Shown: positions 11,782 to 23,279 of the stretch, piece after piece
Position numbering within the stretch: the first letter of the stretch is position 1
Layout of the letters: every line of letters begins with the position of its first letter
Source: an uncultured Gemmatimonadales bacterium
GTDB lineage: Bacteria; Gemmatimonadota; Gemmatimonadetes; Gemmatimonadales; GWC2-71-9
Length of the DNA stretch: 64,000 nt
Reading direction: 5' to 3'
Assembly (NCBI GenBank): GCA_963748815.1
Contig: CAVVKJ010000010.1
Span: 704,001 to 768,000, forward strand
Position numbers and translations under genes: made by a program
Notes under the pieces: model-generated
The model's input: only the letters and a program-made list of their open reading frames with translations
Told to the model about the DNA's origin: nothing
The model's database searches: none

Positions 11782-13623
11782 GTGGGCGTCGGCATCGCGT
11801 ACATGGACGGGCCCCGGCTCGCCCGTTCGCTCTTCGCGGCGTCGGATTGGGTCGCGGCCGGCCGGGAAGAGATCAACCGCATCAACGTCTTTCCGGTGCC
11901 CGATGGCGACACCGGCACCAATTTCAGCCTGACGCTCCGCGCCGTCGCCGACGCCCTCCGGGCGCTCGGCGACGCATCGCTTCCCGTCACGGCCACGACG
12001 ATGGCGCGTGCCGCCGTGCTCGGCGCCCGCGGCAACTCCGGGATGATGCTCGCCCATTTCCTGATGGGGGTGGCCGAATCGATCGGGGACCGCGAGACCG
12101 CCACACCCACCGAACTCGCCGCCGCCCTGAGCGCCGGGGCCTCCCGGCTCTACGGCGCGCTCGATGACCCCAGGGAAGGGACCATCCTGACCGTCGCCCG
12201 CGAGGCCGCGGCCGCGGCGGAACGCGCGGCCGGGCGCTCCCCCGACATCGCCGAGTTCATGCGCCAAATGCACCTCGAGGGAGAGAAGGCGCTGGCCAGG
12301 ACGCCGGAGCTGATGGCGGTGCTCAAGGAAGCCGGTGTGGTGGACGCCGGGGGCATGGGCTTCATGCGGATGATCGAGGGAGTCGTCCGCTTCATCGACG
12401 GCGACCCGATCCTGGCGGTGGAACCGGGGTACACGGGGGAGTATGCCGTGCCGGCCGCCGACATGGAGGTGGCCGCCGACCAGGACTTCCAGTTCTGCAC
12501 CGAGGTGGTGGTGCGCGGCGAGCAGCTGCCGCCCGCCAACGAGGTCCGGGCCGCCCTGCGCAACTTCGGCGGCTCGCTGGTCGTCGCCGTGATGGGCGAC
12601 ATTCTCCACGCCCATGTGCATACGAACACCCCCGACGCCGTCTTTACCTATGTGTCGCGATGGGGGCGCCTCGAGAAGACCAAGGCCGAGGACATGCGGG
12701 CGCAGCATCGCGGGCTCCAGCACGGCGTCCAGAAGGACGTGGGCATCGTCACCGACAGCGCCTCCGATCTTCCCGACGCCGTGCTCGATCGGCATGGCAT
12801 CTCACTGGTGCCGCTGCAGGTCATCTTCGGCGACGAGGTGCTGCTCGACCGCGTCCAGCTGAAGCCGGAGGAGTTCTACCGCCGGATGCGGACGAGCCCG
12901 CAGCTGCCGTCCACCTCCCAGCCGACCGTGGCCGACTTCGTGCGGGTGTTCCGGGAGGCGCGGCACGAGGCGGAGCATGTGATCGCCGTCTTGGTCTCCT
13001 CGGGCCTCTCGGGAACCTTCCAGTCGGGGGCGGCGGCGATCAAGGCGGGCGGCCTGACCAACATCCGCCTGGTGGACAGCAAGTCCGCGTCGCTCGGCGC
13101 CGGGATGCTGGCCCTGCGGGCGGCGGAGCTGGCAGAACTGGGATGGCCCTCGGAGGCCATCGCCGGGGAAATCGAGCGGGTCCGCGACCAGTCCGGCCTG
13201 TTCCTGACCGTGGACACGTTCGACAACCTGCTCCGCAGCGGGCGGGTGAGCCGGGGCAAGGCGTGGCTCGGCGGGCTCCTCGACGTGAAGCCGATCCTCT
13301 CGCTCGACGCGGCGGGGCGGGTCGTCCCGGTGGACCGGGCCCGCGGCCGGGAGCAGGTCATCGGCCGGGTGTTGTCGCTGCTGGAGGCGCGGCTCCAGCC
13401 CCGCCCGAAGCAACTCCGGTTTGGCGTGGTCCACGCCGAGGCTCCGGAGGTCGCCGGCCGGGTGCGCGACGCCTTGGTGGCGGCATACCGTCCGCGGGAT
13501 TGTTTCGTGTCACTGGCGACCGGGGTTCTCGGGACGCATGTCGGGGAGGGCGCGTGGGCGGTCTTCTATCAGGTCGAGGACGGGACACCACCGGCACCGC
13601 CCAATCCACGGAGTCCCGGTTGA
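11782..13623 (+). CDS. DAK2 (FakA-like kinase) and DegV (FakB-like fatty-acid-binding) fusion protein
   Basis: INVFPVPDGDTGTN, GARGNSG, FCTE, HAHVH, then IVTDSASDL, PSTSQP, SSGLSGT, SGR, GTHVG; SD AAGGAG upstream of GTG 11782. Confidence 0.88.
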   Translation: MGVGIAYMDGPRLARSLFAASDWVAAGREEINRINVFPVPDGDTGTNFSLTLRAVADALRALGDASLPVTATTMARAAVLGARGNSGMMLAHFLMGVAESIGDRETATPTELAAALSAGASRLYGALDDPREGTILTVAREAAAAAERAAGRSPDIAEFMRQMHLEGEKALARTPELMAVLKEAGVVDAGGMGFMRMIEGVVRFIDGDPILAVEPGYTGEYAVPAADMEVAADQDFQFCTEVVVRGEQLPPANEVRAALRNFGGSLVVAVMGDILHAHVHTNTPDAVFTYVSRWGRLEKTKAEDMRAQHRGLQHGVQKDVGIVTDSASDLPDAVLDRHGISLVPLQVIFGDEVLLDRVQLKPEEFYRRMRTSPQLPSTSQPTVADFVRVFREARHEAEHVIAVLVSSGLSGTFQSGAAAIKAGGLTNIRLVDSKSASLGAGMLALRAAELAELGWPSEAIAGEIERVRDQSGLFLTVDTFDNLLRSGRVSRGKAWLGGLLDVKPILSLDAAGRVVPVDRARGREQVIGRVLSLLEARLQPRPKQLRFGVVHAEAPEVAGRVRDALVAAYRPRDCFVSLATGVLGTHVGEGAWAVFYQVEDGTPPAPPNPRSPG

Positions 13624-13650
13624 CGAGGCCCCCCGCCCTGCCCGGCCTCG

Positions 13651-13977
13651 TTGCGCGCCGCCTACCGGGCCGCCGACGACCTGAAGGCCCGCGACCTGAC
13701 GGTGCTCGACCTGCGGGGCCTCCATGACGCGGCCGATTTTTTCGTTCTCGGTTCCGGCACCTCCGACGCGCACGTCCGGGGCATCGCCCACGCCGTGCTC
13801 GACGCCCTGGCCCGCCAGGGTCACAAGCCGCACCACGTCGAGGGGCTCCCCTCCGGGCGCTGGGTCCTGCTCGACTTCGTGGACTTCGTGGTGCACCTGT
13901 TCCATCCGGACGCGCGCGCCTTCTACCAGCTCGAGCGCCTCTGGGACGACGCCCCGACGCTCACGCCGCGCCCCTGA
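13651..13977 (+). CDS. rsfS: Ribosome silencing factor (true start possibly TTG 13620 with a 1-nt insertion)
   Basis: DLKARDLTVLDL, DFFVLGSG, WVLLDFVDFVVHLF, RAFYQLERLWDDA. Confidence 0.93.
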   Translation: MRAAYRAADDLKARDLTVLDLRGLHDAADFFVLGSGTSDAHVRGIAHAVLDALARQGHKPHHVEGLPSGRWVLLDFVDFVVHLFHPDARAFYQLERLWDDAPTLTPRP

Positions 13978-13987
13978 CCACCATCGG

Positions 13988-16900
13988 ATGCCCATGACGC
14001 TGCGGTCCCTGCTCCTGCTGGCCCTCCTCGCGATCGTTCCCACGGTCGCGTCGGCCCAGTATTTCGGGCAAAACCGCGTCATGTACGCCAAGTTCGACTT
14101 CAAGATTATTCATACCGAGCACTTCGACGTCTACTACTACCCGGTCGAGAAGGAAGCGTCACTGGACGCCGCGCGGATGGCGGAGCGCTCCTACGGCCGG
14201 CTCTCCACCCTGCTCAACCACCGCTTCATCGAGCGGAAGCCGATCATCCTGTACGCCTCACCCTCCGACTTCCAGCAGACCAACGCGCTCGGCGGGGACA
14301 TCGGCGAGGCGACCGGCGGCGTCACCGACTTCATGAAGCACCGCGCCATCATGCCGTTCACCGGCGCGTACAAGGACTTCGACCACGTCCTGATGCACGA
14401 GATGGTGCACCAGTTCCAGTACGACACCTGGTCGCGCGGCAAGGCGGGGACCGGCGTCGCCACCATCATCCAGGTCAACCCGCCCCTCTGGTTCGCCGAG
14501 GGGATGGCCGAATACCTGTCGCTCGGCAAGATCACCCCCGAAACCGCCATGTGGCTGCGGGACGCCGTCCTCCAGGGCAAGCTGCCGACCATCCAGCAGC
14601 TCACCTACGACCCCTACATCTTCCCCTACCGGTTCGGCCACTCGATCTGGGCGTATGTCGGCATGCGGTGGGGCGACGAGGCGGTCGGCGCGATTCTCTC
14701 CTCCACCCTGGGCGGCGGCGGCGTGGAAGGGGCGTTCCAGCGCGTCCTCGGCATTTCCCTGAACCAGCTGTCCGTGCAGTGGCGGGACTGGGTGCAGGAG
14801 ACCTACCTGCCCGACGTGGCGTCGAAGCAGCTCGCCGCCGCCGTCGGCAAGCCGCTCCTCACCAAGGAGCGCTCCGACGGCACGCTGCACATCGCGCCGG
14901 CGCTCTCGCCGGACGGCAAGCTGATCGCCTACCTGAGCGAGAAGAACTTCTTCTTCATCGACTTCTACCTGGCCGACGGGGAAACGGGCAAGGTCATCAA
15001 GAAGCTCGCGAAGTCGATCTTCGACGCGAACTACGAGACCTTTCGCTACATCAGTTCCACCTCCTCCTGGTCGCCCGACAGCAAGTATCTGGTCTTCGCG
15101 GCCCGCGCGCAGGGCGGCGACGACATCGTCGTCTTCGACCCGATCCGCCGGAAGGCGGTCCGCCGCATCCGGGTGGAGCTGAGCGGCGTGTCGTCGCCGG
15201 TCTACAGCCCCGACGGCACCCAACTGGCGTTCACAGGCATGGAAGGCGGGCTGTCGGACCTGTACGTGATCAACGCCGACGGGACCGGCCTCCGGCAGCT
15301 GACCCGGGACAAGTACGCGCAGCTCATGCCGGCGTGGTCCCCGGACGGTCACACCATCGCCTATGTCACCGACGAGGGGCCCGGCACCAACTTCACCGAC
15401 CTGAGCTACGGCAACTTCCGCATCGCGCTCTTCGACGTGGACCTCGGGCGCCGGGAACTCCTCCCCCACATGGACGACGGGCGCAACATCAGCCCGCAGT
15501 GGGCGCCGGACGGCAAGTCGTTCGCGTTCGTGTCCGACCGGACCGGGATCGCCAACATCTTCCTGTACGAGCTCGGCGGAGACATCTACCAGCTCACCAA
15601 TCTGTTCACCGGGGCGCAATCCACCACGCCGCTCTCCCCGGCGCTGAGCTGGGCGCGCGAGGCCGACCGGCTGGCCTTCGTGTACTTCGAGAACCAGAAC
15701 AACGACGTCTACACCATCCAGGACCCCCGCTCCCTGAAGCGCGAGCCCTGGCGGCCGGCCCCCGCGGAGCCCGAGCAGGTCGCCGCGCGGCCCGACTCCG
15801 GGCAGGCCGCCGCGCCCGCGGAGGTGGTCTATCCCCGCGCCGATTCGATCTCCGTGGCCGGCACGCCGCCCGCCCCCGACTCGGCGGCGCCCGCGCCGGT
15901 CCCGGGCGCAGCCCAGGCCCGCGAAGGCGGCTCGATCTACCGGACGCCGTCCGGATTCCGCGCGGCCGCGGCGGCGCCGGTCGTCACCGACACCGCCGGC
16001 CGCCGTCAGACCGACGTCACCGTCATCGGGCTCCTCGACTCCGCGTCGCTCTTCCTGCCGGACACCAGCAGCTTCACCCTCGGACCGTACAAGCGGAAGT
16101 TCACCCCCGAGAGCTCGGCGCGGCCCTCGGTCGGCTACACCCGCGACAACTTCGGCAACGGCATCTACGGCGGCGGCGCCATCCAGTTCGGCGACATGCT
16201 CGGCGACGAACAGCTCATCTTCGCGGGCTACATCAACGGCTCCCTGAACCAGGGCGACTTCCTCGCCGCGTACGCCAACCTGAGCGGGCGGCTCAACTGG
16301 GCCGTCGGGTTCCAGCAGTACCCCAACTACTACGTGCTGCAGCCGTTCGTCATCGAGAACGAGCCCGCCCCCGGGCTCAACACCTACGTGACACGCACCC
16401 GCCTGCTCACGACGCGGCAGATCTTCGGCCGGGGCTTCTACAACATCAACCGGTTCCAGCGACTCGAGCTCGGACTGGCGCTTGGCCAGATTGACGACGG
16501 CATCCAGAGCTACTACGAGACATACGACCGCGCCACCGGCGTGATCGTGGACGCGCCGCGCCGGGAGACGATCTACTTCAACGGCCAGCAGGTGGCCACG
16601 CCCTCGGTGGCGCTGGTGTACGACGCCACCTTCATGGGATGGATCGGCCCGCTGTTCGGCACCCGGTACCGCGCCGAGGTCCGCCAGACCATCGGCGGCT
16701 GGAACGTCACCCAGCTGCTGCTCGACTACCGGCGCTACATCCCGTTGAAGGGGCCGGTCATCCTCGCGGCGCGCGCCCTGTACGCCGGGCAGAAGGGGCC
16801 GGATGCGGACCGGCAGCGCTACTTCCTCGGCAGCACCGACCTGGTCCGCGGCCGCACCTCGGGTTCGTACTACCGCTACGAGTGCGCCACCACCAGCGGC

Positions 16901-17275
16901 AACCTCGCGCCGCTGACCGGGTGCTACGCGCTCGACCAGATGGTGGGCACCGAGATCGCGGTCGGGAACCTCGAACTCCGCTTCCCCCTCGTGAACTCCT
17001 TCCTCGGCATCGGCCCGCAGGGATTGCCGTACGTCGACGGCGTGGCCTGGGTCGACTACGGCGTCGCGTGGAACAGCTGGAACACGGTGGCGTTTTCGAA
17101 GGACCCGAACGCGTCGCTCGAAACGCAGGCCCTGACCCGGACCCCGGTCACCACGCTCGGCGTGGGAGCGCGCATCAACCTGTTCGGGTACATGATCCTC
17201 CGATTCGACTGGGCCTTCCCGCAGGGCCGGGGCATCCCCTCGTACTGGACCATCACCCTCGGTCCGCCCTTCTGA
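13988..17275 (+). CDS. Outer-membrane protein: zincin metallopeptidase + TolB-like PD40 propeller + Omp85/BamA-type barrel
   Basis: Signal peptide ending ASA-QYFGQN; HEMVH and WFAEGMAE; repeated SPDG/WSPD; C-terminal barrel with GNLELRFP and terminal Phe (TITLGPPF). Confidence 0.82.
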   Translation: MPMTLRSLLLLALLAIVPTVASAQYFGQNRVMYAKFDFKIIHTEHFDVYYYPVEKEASLDAARMAERSYGRLSTLLNHRFIERKPIILYASPSDFQQTNALGGDIGEATGGVTDFMKHRAIMPFTGAYKDFDHVLMHEMVHQFQYDTWSRGKAGTGVATIIQVNPPLWFAEGMAEYLSLGKITPETAMWLRDAVLQGKLPTIQQLTYDPYIFPYRFGHSIWAYVGMRWGDEAVGAILSSTLGGGGVEGAFQRVLGISLNQLSVQWRDWVQETYLPDVASKQLAAAVGKPLLTKERSDGTLHIAPALSPDGKLIAYLSEKNFFFIDFYLADGETGKVIKKLAKSIFDANYETFRYISSTSSWSPDSKYLVFAARAQGGDDIVVFDPIRRKAVRRIRVELSGVSSPVYSPDGTQLAFTGMEGGLSDLYVINADGTGLRQLTRDKYAQLMPAWSPDGHTIAYVTDEGPGTNFTDLSYGNFRIALFDVDLGRRELLPHMDDGRNISPQWAPDGKSFAFVSDRTGIANIFLYELGGDIYQLTNLFTGAQSTTPLSPALSWAREADRLAFVYFENQNNDVYTIQDPRSLKREPWRPAPAEPEQVAARPDSGQAAAPAEVVYPRADSISVAGTPPAPDSAAPAPVPGAAQAREGGSIYRTPSGFRAAAAAPVVTDTAGRRQTDVTVIGLLDSASLFLPDTSSFTLGPYKRKFTPESSARPSVGYTRDNFGNGIYGGGAIQFGDMLGDEQLIFAGYINGSLNQGDFLAAYANLSGRLNWAVGFQQYPNYYVLQPFVIENEPAPGLNTYVTRTRLLTTRQIFGRGFYNINRFQRLELGLALGQIDDGIQSYYETYDRATGVIVDAPRRETIYFNGQQVATPSVALVYDATFMGWIGPLFGTRYRAEVRQTIGGWNVTQLLLDYRRYIPLKGPVILAARALYAGQKGPDADRQRYFLGSTDLVRGRTSGSYYRYECATTSGNLAPLTGCYALDQMVGTEIAVGNLELRFPLVNSFLGIGPQGLPYVDGVAWVDYGVAWNSWNTVAFSKDPNASLETQALTRTPVTTLGVGARINLFGYMILRFDWAFPQGRGIPSYWTITLGPPF

Positions 17276-17341
17276 TTCTCGCCTGAACCGGACCCAATAT
17301 CCGGTCTGGCCCCTGCCCCTCCACGCGCCTATTTTTGGCCT

Positions 17342-18748
17342 GTGCCGTTCCCCCACCTGAAAGGCCTGGCCGCGCTCGCGGTCGGCCTCATGGCCTGTCA
17401 AGCAGCCCCCGGCTCCGACGCCGGGGCGCTTCCGCCAGCCTCCCAGGCCGTCCCCACGACCAGCCTCCTCCGCCTCCCCCGTGCCGGGGGGACGCCCCGG
17501 CTGTACAGTGGCCCCGCCCTCGCCGATCTCGGCTGGCGGCCACGGGGGCGCACGCCCGCCGTGCAGATGGTGGTCGGGTTCGATCAGGACCAGGCGCTCG
17601 CCTACGCCGTGGATTCCGCCGGGGGACTCCAGGCGCTGGATCTCAGCACCGGTACGCCGCGGCTCCTGACCTCCGGCGTCAGCGGTGTCGCCCTGGGTCC
17701 CGAGGGAACCCTCTGGGTCGTCAACAAGCGGGATTCCGTCATCCGGATCCGGAATCGGCTCGCCAAGTCCACCGATGCCGCCCTGCCCGGCCGCCCCACC
17801 GCGCTCTACGGCACGGGCGACCGGCAGCTCATCGCGGTCGAAGGGGGCGACACCGCGCGCGCGTGGCTGGTGACCGGCGCCCAGCCGGGCGTTTCCGCCG
17901 ATCTCCCCACGACACAGACCGCGGCCTCCCCGTGGGGAGACCTCGTCGCCGCGGCGGCCCCGACCGGGGTGTACCTCTGGGCGCCAAGGGGGGGCACGCC
18001 GATCCGCCGGGTCCGTGTCAGCGGCACGCCAACCTCGGTGCGATTTTCCGCGTCCGGCCATCGCATCTACGTCGGCCGCGACGCCGAGGACATCGCGGTG
18101 ATCGACCGGTACGCCGGTGAGCGGATCGACGACATCCGGATCCCGGGCTCCGCCGCTGGGCTGCGGGTGGCTCCCTACGGAGGGTGGTTGCTCGCGCGGC
18201 CGGCGACCGGCGACACCATCTGGGTCATCAACCTGGCCACCGGCGAGTACGCCGGAGTGGTCAGCGGCCCATGGGCCGCCGACCTCCCCACGGTCTTCGG
18301 CGATGCGACGCTGCTGGTCCGCGAAGGCAAGGACGTGGTGGCGCGGGACCTCGCCAGGCCGGAGTTCCCCGAAACGGGACGACTCAAGGGCGGGGCGGCG
18401 GATCTCTACCTGCCGATGCCGTGGTCCGCGCGCGGCAGCCAGCCCGAGCCGGTGCAACCCCGGCCCGAGCCGGGTCAGGTCGCCCAGGCGGCCGACACCT
18501 CCACCGGGGCCGACGTGGCGCGGGGCCGCCCTCGCACGGTCTACCTGCAGGTGAGCCGATCCCAGAATCCGGCCTGGGCGCAGGCGCTCGCCGGCGAAAT
18601 CCGGGACGACGGCTTCCCCGCCCTCGTGCTCACGCCCAACACCGGCGAGGAAGCGTACCGCGTCGTCGTCGGCCCGTACCCCTCCCGCGAGGCGGCCGAG
18701 TCCGCCGGCCGCCGGCTGGGCCGCCCTTCATTCATCTATCATCCGTAG
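17342..18748 (+). CDS. SPOR-domain lipoprotein with N-terminal beta-propeller-like region
   Basis: Lipobox LMAC; C-terminal YLQV...YRVVVGPYPSREAAE SPOR signature. Confidence 0.8.
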   Translation: MPFPHLKGLAALAVGLMACQAAPGSDAGALPPASQAVPTTSLLRLPRAGGTPRLYSGPALADLGWRPRGRTPAVQMVVGFDQDQALAYAVDSAGGLQALDLSTGTPRLLTSGVSGVALGPEGTLWVVNKRDSVIRIRNRLAKSTDAALPGRPTALYGTGDRQLIAVEGGDTARAWLVTGAQPGVSADLPTTQTAASPWGDLVAAAAPTGVYLWAPRGGTPIRRVRVSGTPTSVRFSASGHRIYVGRDAEDIAVIDRYAGERIDDIRIPGSAAGLRVAPYGGWLLARPATGDTIWVINLATGEYAGVVSGPWAADLPTVFGDATLLVREGKDVVARDLARPEFPETGRLKGGAADLYLPMPWSARGSQPEPVQPRPEPGQVAQAADTSTGADVARGRPRTVYLQVSRSQNPAWAQALAGEIRDDGFPALVLTPNTGEEAYRVVVGPYPSREAAESAGRRLGRPSFIYHP

Positions 18749-18768
18749 CCGTCCCGGGAAGACCCTCC

Positions 18769-21700
18769 ATGAAGCTCTCCAAGCTCGAGCTGTCCGGCTT
18801 CAAGTCGTTCGCTGACACCGTCACCCTCACGTTCGAGGAAGGCGTCACCGCCATCGTCGGGCCGAACGGCTGCGGGAAGTCGAATGTCAGCGACGCCGTG
18901 CGCTGGGTCCTCGGCGAGCAGTCCGCGCGGCTCCTGCGCGGCGGGAAGATGGAGGACGTCATCTTCCAGGGCGCGGCCGGCCGCCGGCCGGTCAACGTCA
19001 CGGAGGTGTCCCTCTATCTCGACAACTCCGACGGCACCCTCCCGATCGCCTACCAGGAAGTGCAGATCACCCGGCGGCTCTCCCGCTCCGGGCACAGCGA
19101 GTACCTCCTCAACCGGGCCTCCGTCCGCCTGCGCGACATCCAGGACCTCCTGCGCGGCACCGGCCTGGGGGGCGACGCAGGCGTCGTCATCGAGGCGAAA
19201 ATGATCGACCTCCTCCTCTCCGACCGGGCGGATGAGCGCCGCTCGCTGTTCGAGGAGGCGGCCGGCATCGGGCTCTACCGGGACCGGAAGCACAGCACCG
19301 AGCGCCGTCTCGAGGAGACCGCCCTGGACCTGCAGCGTGTCGAGGACCTCGTGGCCGAGGTGCAGTCGCAGCTTCGCAGCCTGGCCCGGCAGCGGGGCCG
19401 TGCCGAGCGACACGTCAAGCTGATGGAGGAGAAGTTCGCCGTGCAGCTGACGCTGGCGCGGCAGCATCTGGACCGCCTCACAGCGGAGGTGCGGGACAAG
19501 GAAGCCCGCTACGCGGAGCTCGCCGGCACCCTGCCGGATCGCCGGGTGGCGCTCGCGGCCCTCGAGGTGGAGCGCGAGGAGGCGGCCCGGCGCCGCGCCG
19601 CCGCAGAGGCCGCGCGCACCGACATCGCCCGCCGGCTCGGCGAAATTCGCGTCACCCTCGGCCGTCTCGAGGGCGACCTCAACCTCGCCTCTGAACGGCT
19701 GGCCAACGCCGGCCAGCGCCGGGTCCGGGCCCTCGAAGAGCGCGGCGTGATGGAGCAGCGCGCCCAGCAGGCGTCCCGGGAGCGCGACGTCGCCCTGCAG
19801 GAGCGCGACGCCGCCCAGGCGGACTACAGCCGCATCCAGGCCGAACTGCAGGGCCGGGCCAGCGTCGAGGACGCCGTGAAGACCCGGCTCGCCGAGCAGC
19901 GGGCCCAGGTGCGCCAGACGGAGGAAACGCTGCAGCGGCAGGCCCAGACCCTCCGCTCCCTCGAGGGCGAGCGGGCCGCGCTGGAAACCGATCTGGTCTC
20001 GCTCCGCGACCGCGCCGTGCAGGCCGCGACGCTGCGGGACGGCCTGCGTCAGGAACTCGAGACGACCACACAGCGCCGTGACGCCCTCGCCGCGGAGGCG
20101 GGGCGCCTGCTCGCGACCCATCGCGCCGCCGCGGCCGACGCCGAGCGGGCCCGCCATCTCCTCGCCGAGACGCGTGAGCATGAAGCCCTCGCCCGCGCCG
20201 ACCGTCGCCGCGCGGAAGAAACGGTCGCCCAGCTGTCCGCACGCCACGAGGCGCTCGGCGAACTGGAGCGGGATCGGGTCGGGTTGGCGCCGGGAGCCGC
20301 GGCCCTGCTGGCCGCGCGGGACCGGTTCGATGGCGGCGTCCTCGGACCGCTGAGCGATTTCCTCCGCACCGGCGCGGACGACGCCGACATCGCCGAGCGG
20401 CTGCTTGGTGAGTGGGTCCACGCCGTGCTGGTCCGCGATGACGCGGCCGTCCGCGCCATCCAGCAGTGGCACGCCGAGTCCGAAGCCGGCGCGATCGTCC
20501 TCCTCTCGGCCGAGCGCGGCCCCGCCCGGGACGGTGGGAGCCACCCCCTCGAGCAGACCCTCCAGGTGGACAACCCCGCGGCCGCGCGCTGGGTCCGCGC
20601 CCTGCTCGGCGGCTCCGAGGTCCTGGATCGGTCCGGCCGCGCCTTGCGCCGCAGCAACGGCGCGGTGCTCCTTTCCGGCGGCGGGACGCCGTCCGGCCCG
20701 CTGCGCCGTCGCGCCGAGCTCGAAACGCTCACCACCGACCTCCAGGCGGCCCGAACCACGCTGACCGCCGCGGAAACCGCGGTGGCGACTACGGTGGCGC
20801 GGCTGGCTGAACTCGAGGCCGCCCTCGGCACGGCCACCGAGGCCGCCGAGCGCGCCCGCGAGGCGGAGCGCATCGGCGTCTCGGCGCGTGACGACGCCGA
20901 GCGATCGGTCGCGACGCGGACTCGCGAATTGCAGGAAGCCGAGACCCAGGTCGTGCGGATCACCGAGCGGCTCTCGGCGTCCGAATCGCGGCTGGGCGAG
21001 GTCGATGCCGCGCTGACGGAAGGGGAATTGTCCAAGGTCCGGCTCGACGAGGCGCTCAGCGTTGGCCGGCAGCAGCTCGCCGAACTCGAGACCGAGCAGG
21101 AATCGGCGCGTGAGGCCCGCGTCCACTGGCAGGTGCAACTCGCCCACGTCGAGGCGCGATTGCTCGGCGCCAGCGAGCGGCTGACGCGCGCGGAGCAGAT
21201 CGGGCAGGAAGCGGCCGGCTCCGCCGCCACCCTGGCGGGCGAACTCACGCAGCTGGAAGGCGATGCCCACGCGCTCGCGGCGGAACAGGTCACCTGGCAG
21301 GAGGAGCGGGCCGAGCGGCGCGTGACCCTGCTGGAACTGGAGGCGGCGGCGGCGGATGCCGAGGAGGCACTGTCGGTGGCCGCCGAAATCCTCAGCACGG
21401 CGGAGCGCAGGGTTCATGACGACCGCGAAGGCCTCGAGCACTCGACCGAAGAGCATCACCGCCTGCAGCTCGAGCTCTCCGAGGCGGCGGCCGAGCGCCG
21501 GCGCATCATCGAGCGGGTGGAGACGGAATGGAAGCGCCCGATCGACCAGCTCTTCGACGGGGCGCCGTTCCTCGACCTCGACCTCGAGACGCTGGAGGCG
21601 GAATCGGCGCGGATCGTCGCCGCGCTCGAGGGCATCGGCGTGGTGAATCCGCTGGCGGTGGAAGAGCACGCGGAGGAAAGCAAGCGGCTCGAATTCCTGT

Positions 21701-22239
21701 CGGCGCAACGGGACGACCTCGTGGCGGCTCGCCAGTCACTGCAGCAGGCTATCCGGGAAATCGACGGCACCGCCCAGGCGATGTTCCTGGAGACCTTCAC
21801 CGCGGTCCGCGCGAACTTCCTGACCGTCTTCCAGACCCTCTTCGGCGGCGGGGAGTGTGACCTCAGGCTTTCCCTCGAAGGGGATCCGCTCGAGAGCGAA
21901 ATCGAGATCCACGCCGCCCCGCGGGGCAAGCGAACCCAGCGCATCCACCTCCTCTCCAGCGGCGAGCGGACGCTGGTGGCGGTGTCGCTCCTCTTCAGCA
22001 TCTACCTGACGAAGCCGAGCCCCTTCTGCCTGATGGATGAAGTGGACGCGCCGCTCGACGACTCCAACGTGGGGCGGTTCACCAAGCTGCTCGACGAGTT
22101 CAAGCACAGCAGCCAGTTCCTCGTCATCACCCACAACCCGCGCACCATGCAGGCGGCCGACGCGGTCTACGGCGTGACGATGCAGGAGCCCGGCGTGTCG
22201 ACCATCGTCGGTGTCCGCCTCGGCGAGCCGGTGCTCTGA
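18769..22239 (+). CDS. smc: Chromosome segregation protein SMC
   Basis: [14 protein letters not shown] Walker A, long coiled coils, LSSGE signature, DEVDAPLD. Confidence 0.96.
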   Translation: MKLSKLELSGFKSFADTVTLTFEEGVTAIVGPNGCGKSNVSDAVRWVLGEQSARLLRGGKMEDVIFQGAAGRRPVNVTEVSLYLDNSDGTLPIAYQEVQITRRLSRSGHSEYLLNRASVRLRDIQDLLRGTGLGGDAGVVIEAKMIDLLLSDRADERRSLFEEAAGIGLYRDRKHSTERRLEETALDLQRVEDLVAEVQSQLRSLARQRGRAERHVKLMEEKFAVQLTLARQHLDRLTAEVRDKEARYAELAGTLPDRRVALAALEVEREEAARRRAAAEAARTDIARRLGEIRVTLGRLEGDLNLASERLANAGQRRVRALEERGVMEQRAQQASRERDVALQERDAAQADYSRIQAELQGRASVEDAVKTRLAEQRAQVRQTEETLQRQAQTLRSLEGERAALETDLVSLRDRAVQAATLRDGLRQELETTTQRRDALAAEAGRLLATHRAAAADAERARHLLAETREHEALARADRRRAEETVAQLSARHEALGELERDRVGLAPGAAALLAARDRFDGGVLGPLSDFLRTGADDADIAERLLGEWVHAVLVRDDAAVRAIQQWHAESEAGAIVLLSAERGPARDGGSHPLEQTLQVDNPAAARWVRALLGGSEVLDRSGRALRRSNGAVLLSGGGTPSGPLRRRAELETLTTDLQAARTTLTAAETAVATTVARLAELEAALGTATEAAERAREAERIGVSARDDAERSVATRTRELQEAETQVVRITERLSASESRLGEVDAALTEGELSKVRLDEALSVGRQQLAELETEQESAREARVHWQVQLAHVEARLLGASERLTRAEQIGQEAAGSAATLAGELTQLEGDAHALAAEQVTWQEERAERRVTLLELEAAAADAEEALSVAAEILSTAERRVHDDREGLEHSTEEHHRLQLELSEAAAERRRIIERVETEWKRPIDQLFDGAPFLDLDLETLEAESARIVAALEGIGVVNPLAVEEHAEESKRLEFLSAQRDDLVAARQSLQQAIREIDGTAQAMFLETFTAVRANFLTVFQTLFGGGECDLRLSLEGDPLESEIEIHAAPRGKRTQRIHLLSSGERTLVAVSLLFSIYLTKPSPFCLMDEVDAPLDDSNVGRFTKLLDEFKHSSQFLVITHNPRTMQAADAVYGVTMQEPGVSTIVGVRLGEPVL

Positions 22240-23279
22240 TGCTGGTCGTCATGCGCCACGACGCCAGCGAGGAAGAGATTCGCGCGGTCGTCGCGACCAT
22301 CGAGGCGATGGGGTACCAGGCGCGCCCGATGCCAGGACGCCAACGGACGACCATCGGCGTTGTCGGCAACGACAGCCGGGTGGACGGCACCCGGCTGACG
22401 GCGCTCGGCGGCGTGCACGAACTCCTCCACGTCACCCAACCGTACAAGCTGGTCTCCCGCGAGTGGAAGCCGGCATCCACCATCGTACGGCTGCCCGGAG
22501 GCCTCAGCATCGGCGGGGAGGATGTCCCGGTCATCGCGGGCCCCTGCTCCGTCGAGGGCGAGACGCAGCTCCTGCTGGCGGCCCACGCGGTGAAGGAAGC
22601 GGGCGCTACGCTGCTTCGGGCCGGGGCGTTCAAGCCGCGGAGCTCACCCTATTCCTTCCAGGGGCTGGGGCGCGATGGACTCAAGCTGCTGGCGCGTGCG
22701 CGCCAGGAGACCGGGCTGCTGATCGTGACGGAAGCGGTGGACCCCGAGGGGGTGGATTGGGTGGCGGAGGTGGCCGACATCGTCCAGATCGGCGCGCGCA
22801 ACATGCAGAACTATTCCCTGCTCCGCCGCGCGGGGAAGGCCGGCAAGCCGGTACTGCTGAAGCGCGGGATCGCCGCGACCATTCAGGAGTTGCTGCTCTC
22901 TGCCGAGTACCTGCTCGCCGAAGGAAACGCCGACGTCATCCTCTGCGAGCGCGGCATCCGGAGCTACGACACCCAGACGCGCAATCTCCTCGACTTGAGC
23001 GCCATCCCGACCGTCCACGCCCTGTCGCACCTGCCCATCATCGCCGACCCGAGCCACGGAACCGGCCGGCGCGACATGGTCCCGGCCATGGCGCGGGCGG
23101 CGGTCGCGGCGGGTGCGGACGGACTGCTCGTCGAGGTGCACCCGCACCCGGAGCAGGCCCTTTCCGACGGAGCACAGAGCCTCCGTCCACTGCAGTTTGA
23201 CGGCATGATGGGCGAGCTGCGCCTCATCGCCGAGGCGATCGGCCGGCGGATCGCGGAACCGGTTCCGGTCCGAGCATGA
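22239..23279 (+). CDS. aroF: DAHP synthase type I-beta with N-terminal regulatory domain
   Basis: [33 protein letters not shown]. Confidence 0.94.
   Translation: MLVVMRHDASEEEIRAVVATIEAMGYQARPMPGRQRTTIGVVGNDSRVDGTRLTALGGVHELLHVTQPYKLVSREWKPASTIVRLPGGLSIGGEDVPVIAGPCSVEGETQLLLAAHAVKEAGATLLRAGAFKPRSSPYSFQGLGRDGLKLLARARQETGLLIVTEAVDPEGVDWVAEVADIVQIGARNMQNYSLLRRAGKAGKPVLLKRGIAATIQELLLSAEYLLAEGNADVILCERGIRSYDTQTRNLLDLSAIPTVHALSHLPIIADPSHGTGRRDMVPAMARAAVAAGADGLLVEVHPHPEQALSDGAQSLRPLQFDGMMGELRLIAEAIGRRIAEPVPVRA

Noticed and set aside
14258..18457. 1399-aa minus-strand ORF and many similar long antisense or alternate-frame ORFs (e.g. 18739-21708, 34228-35712)
   Set aside because: These are shadows of well-supported genes; high-GC codon bias removes stop codons, and they show no recognisable motifs.
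18769..22239. SMC-based defence system (Wadjet/Lamassu)
   Set aside because: Canonical housekeeping SMC in a housekeeping context with no partner or effector genes.
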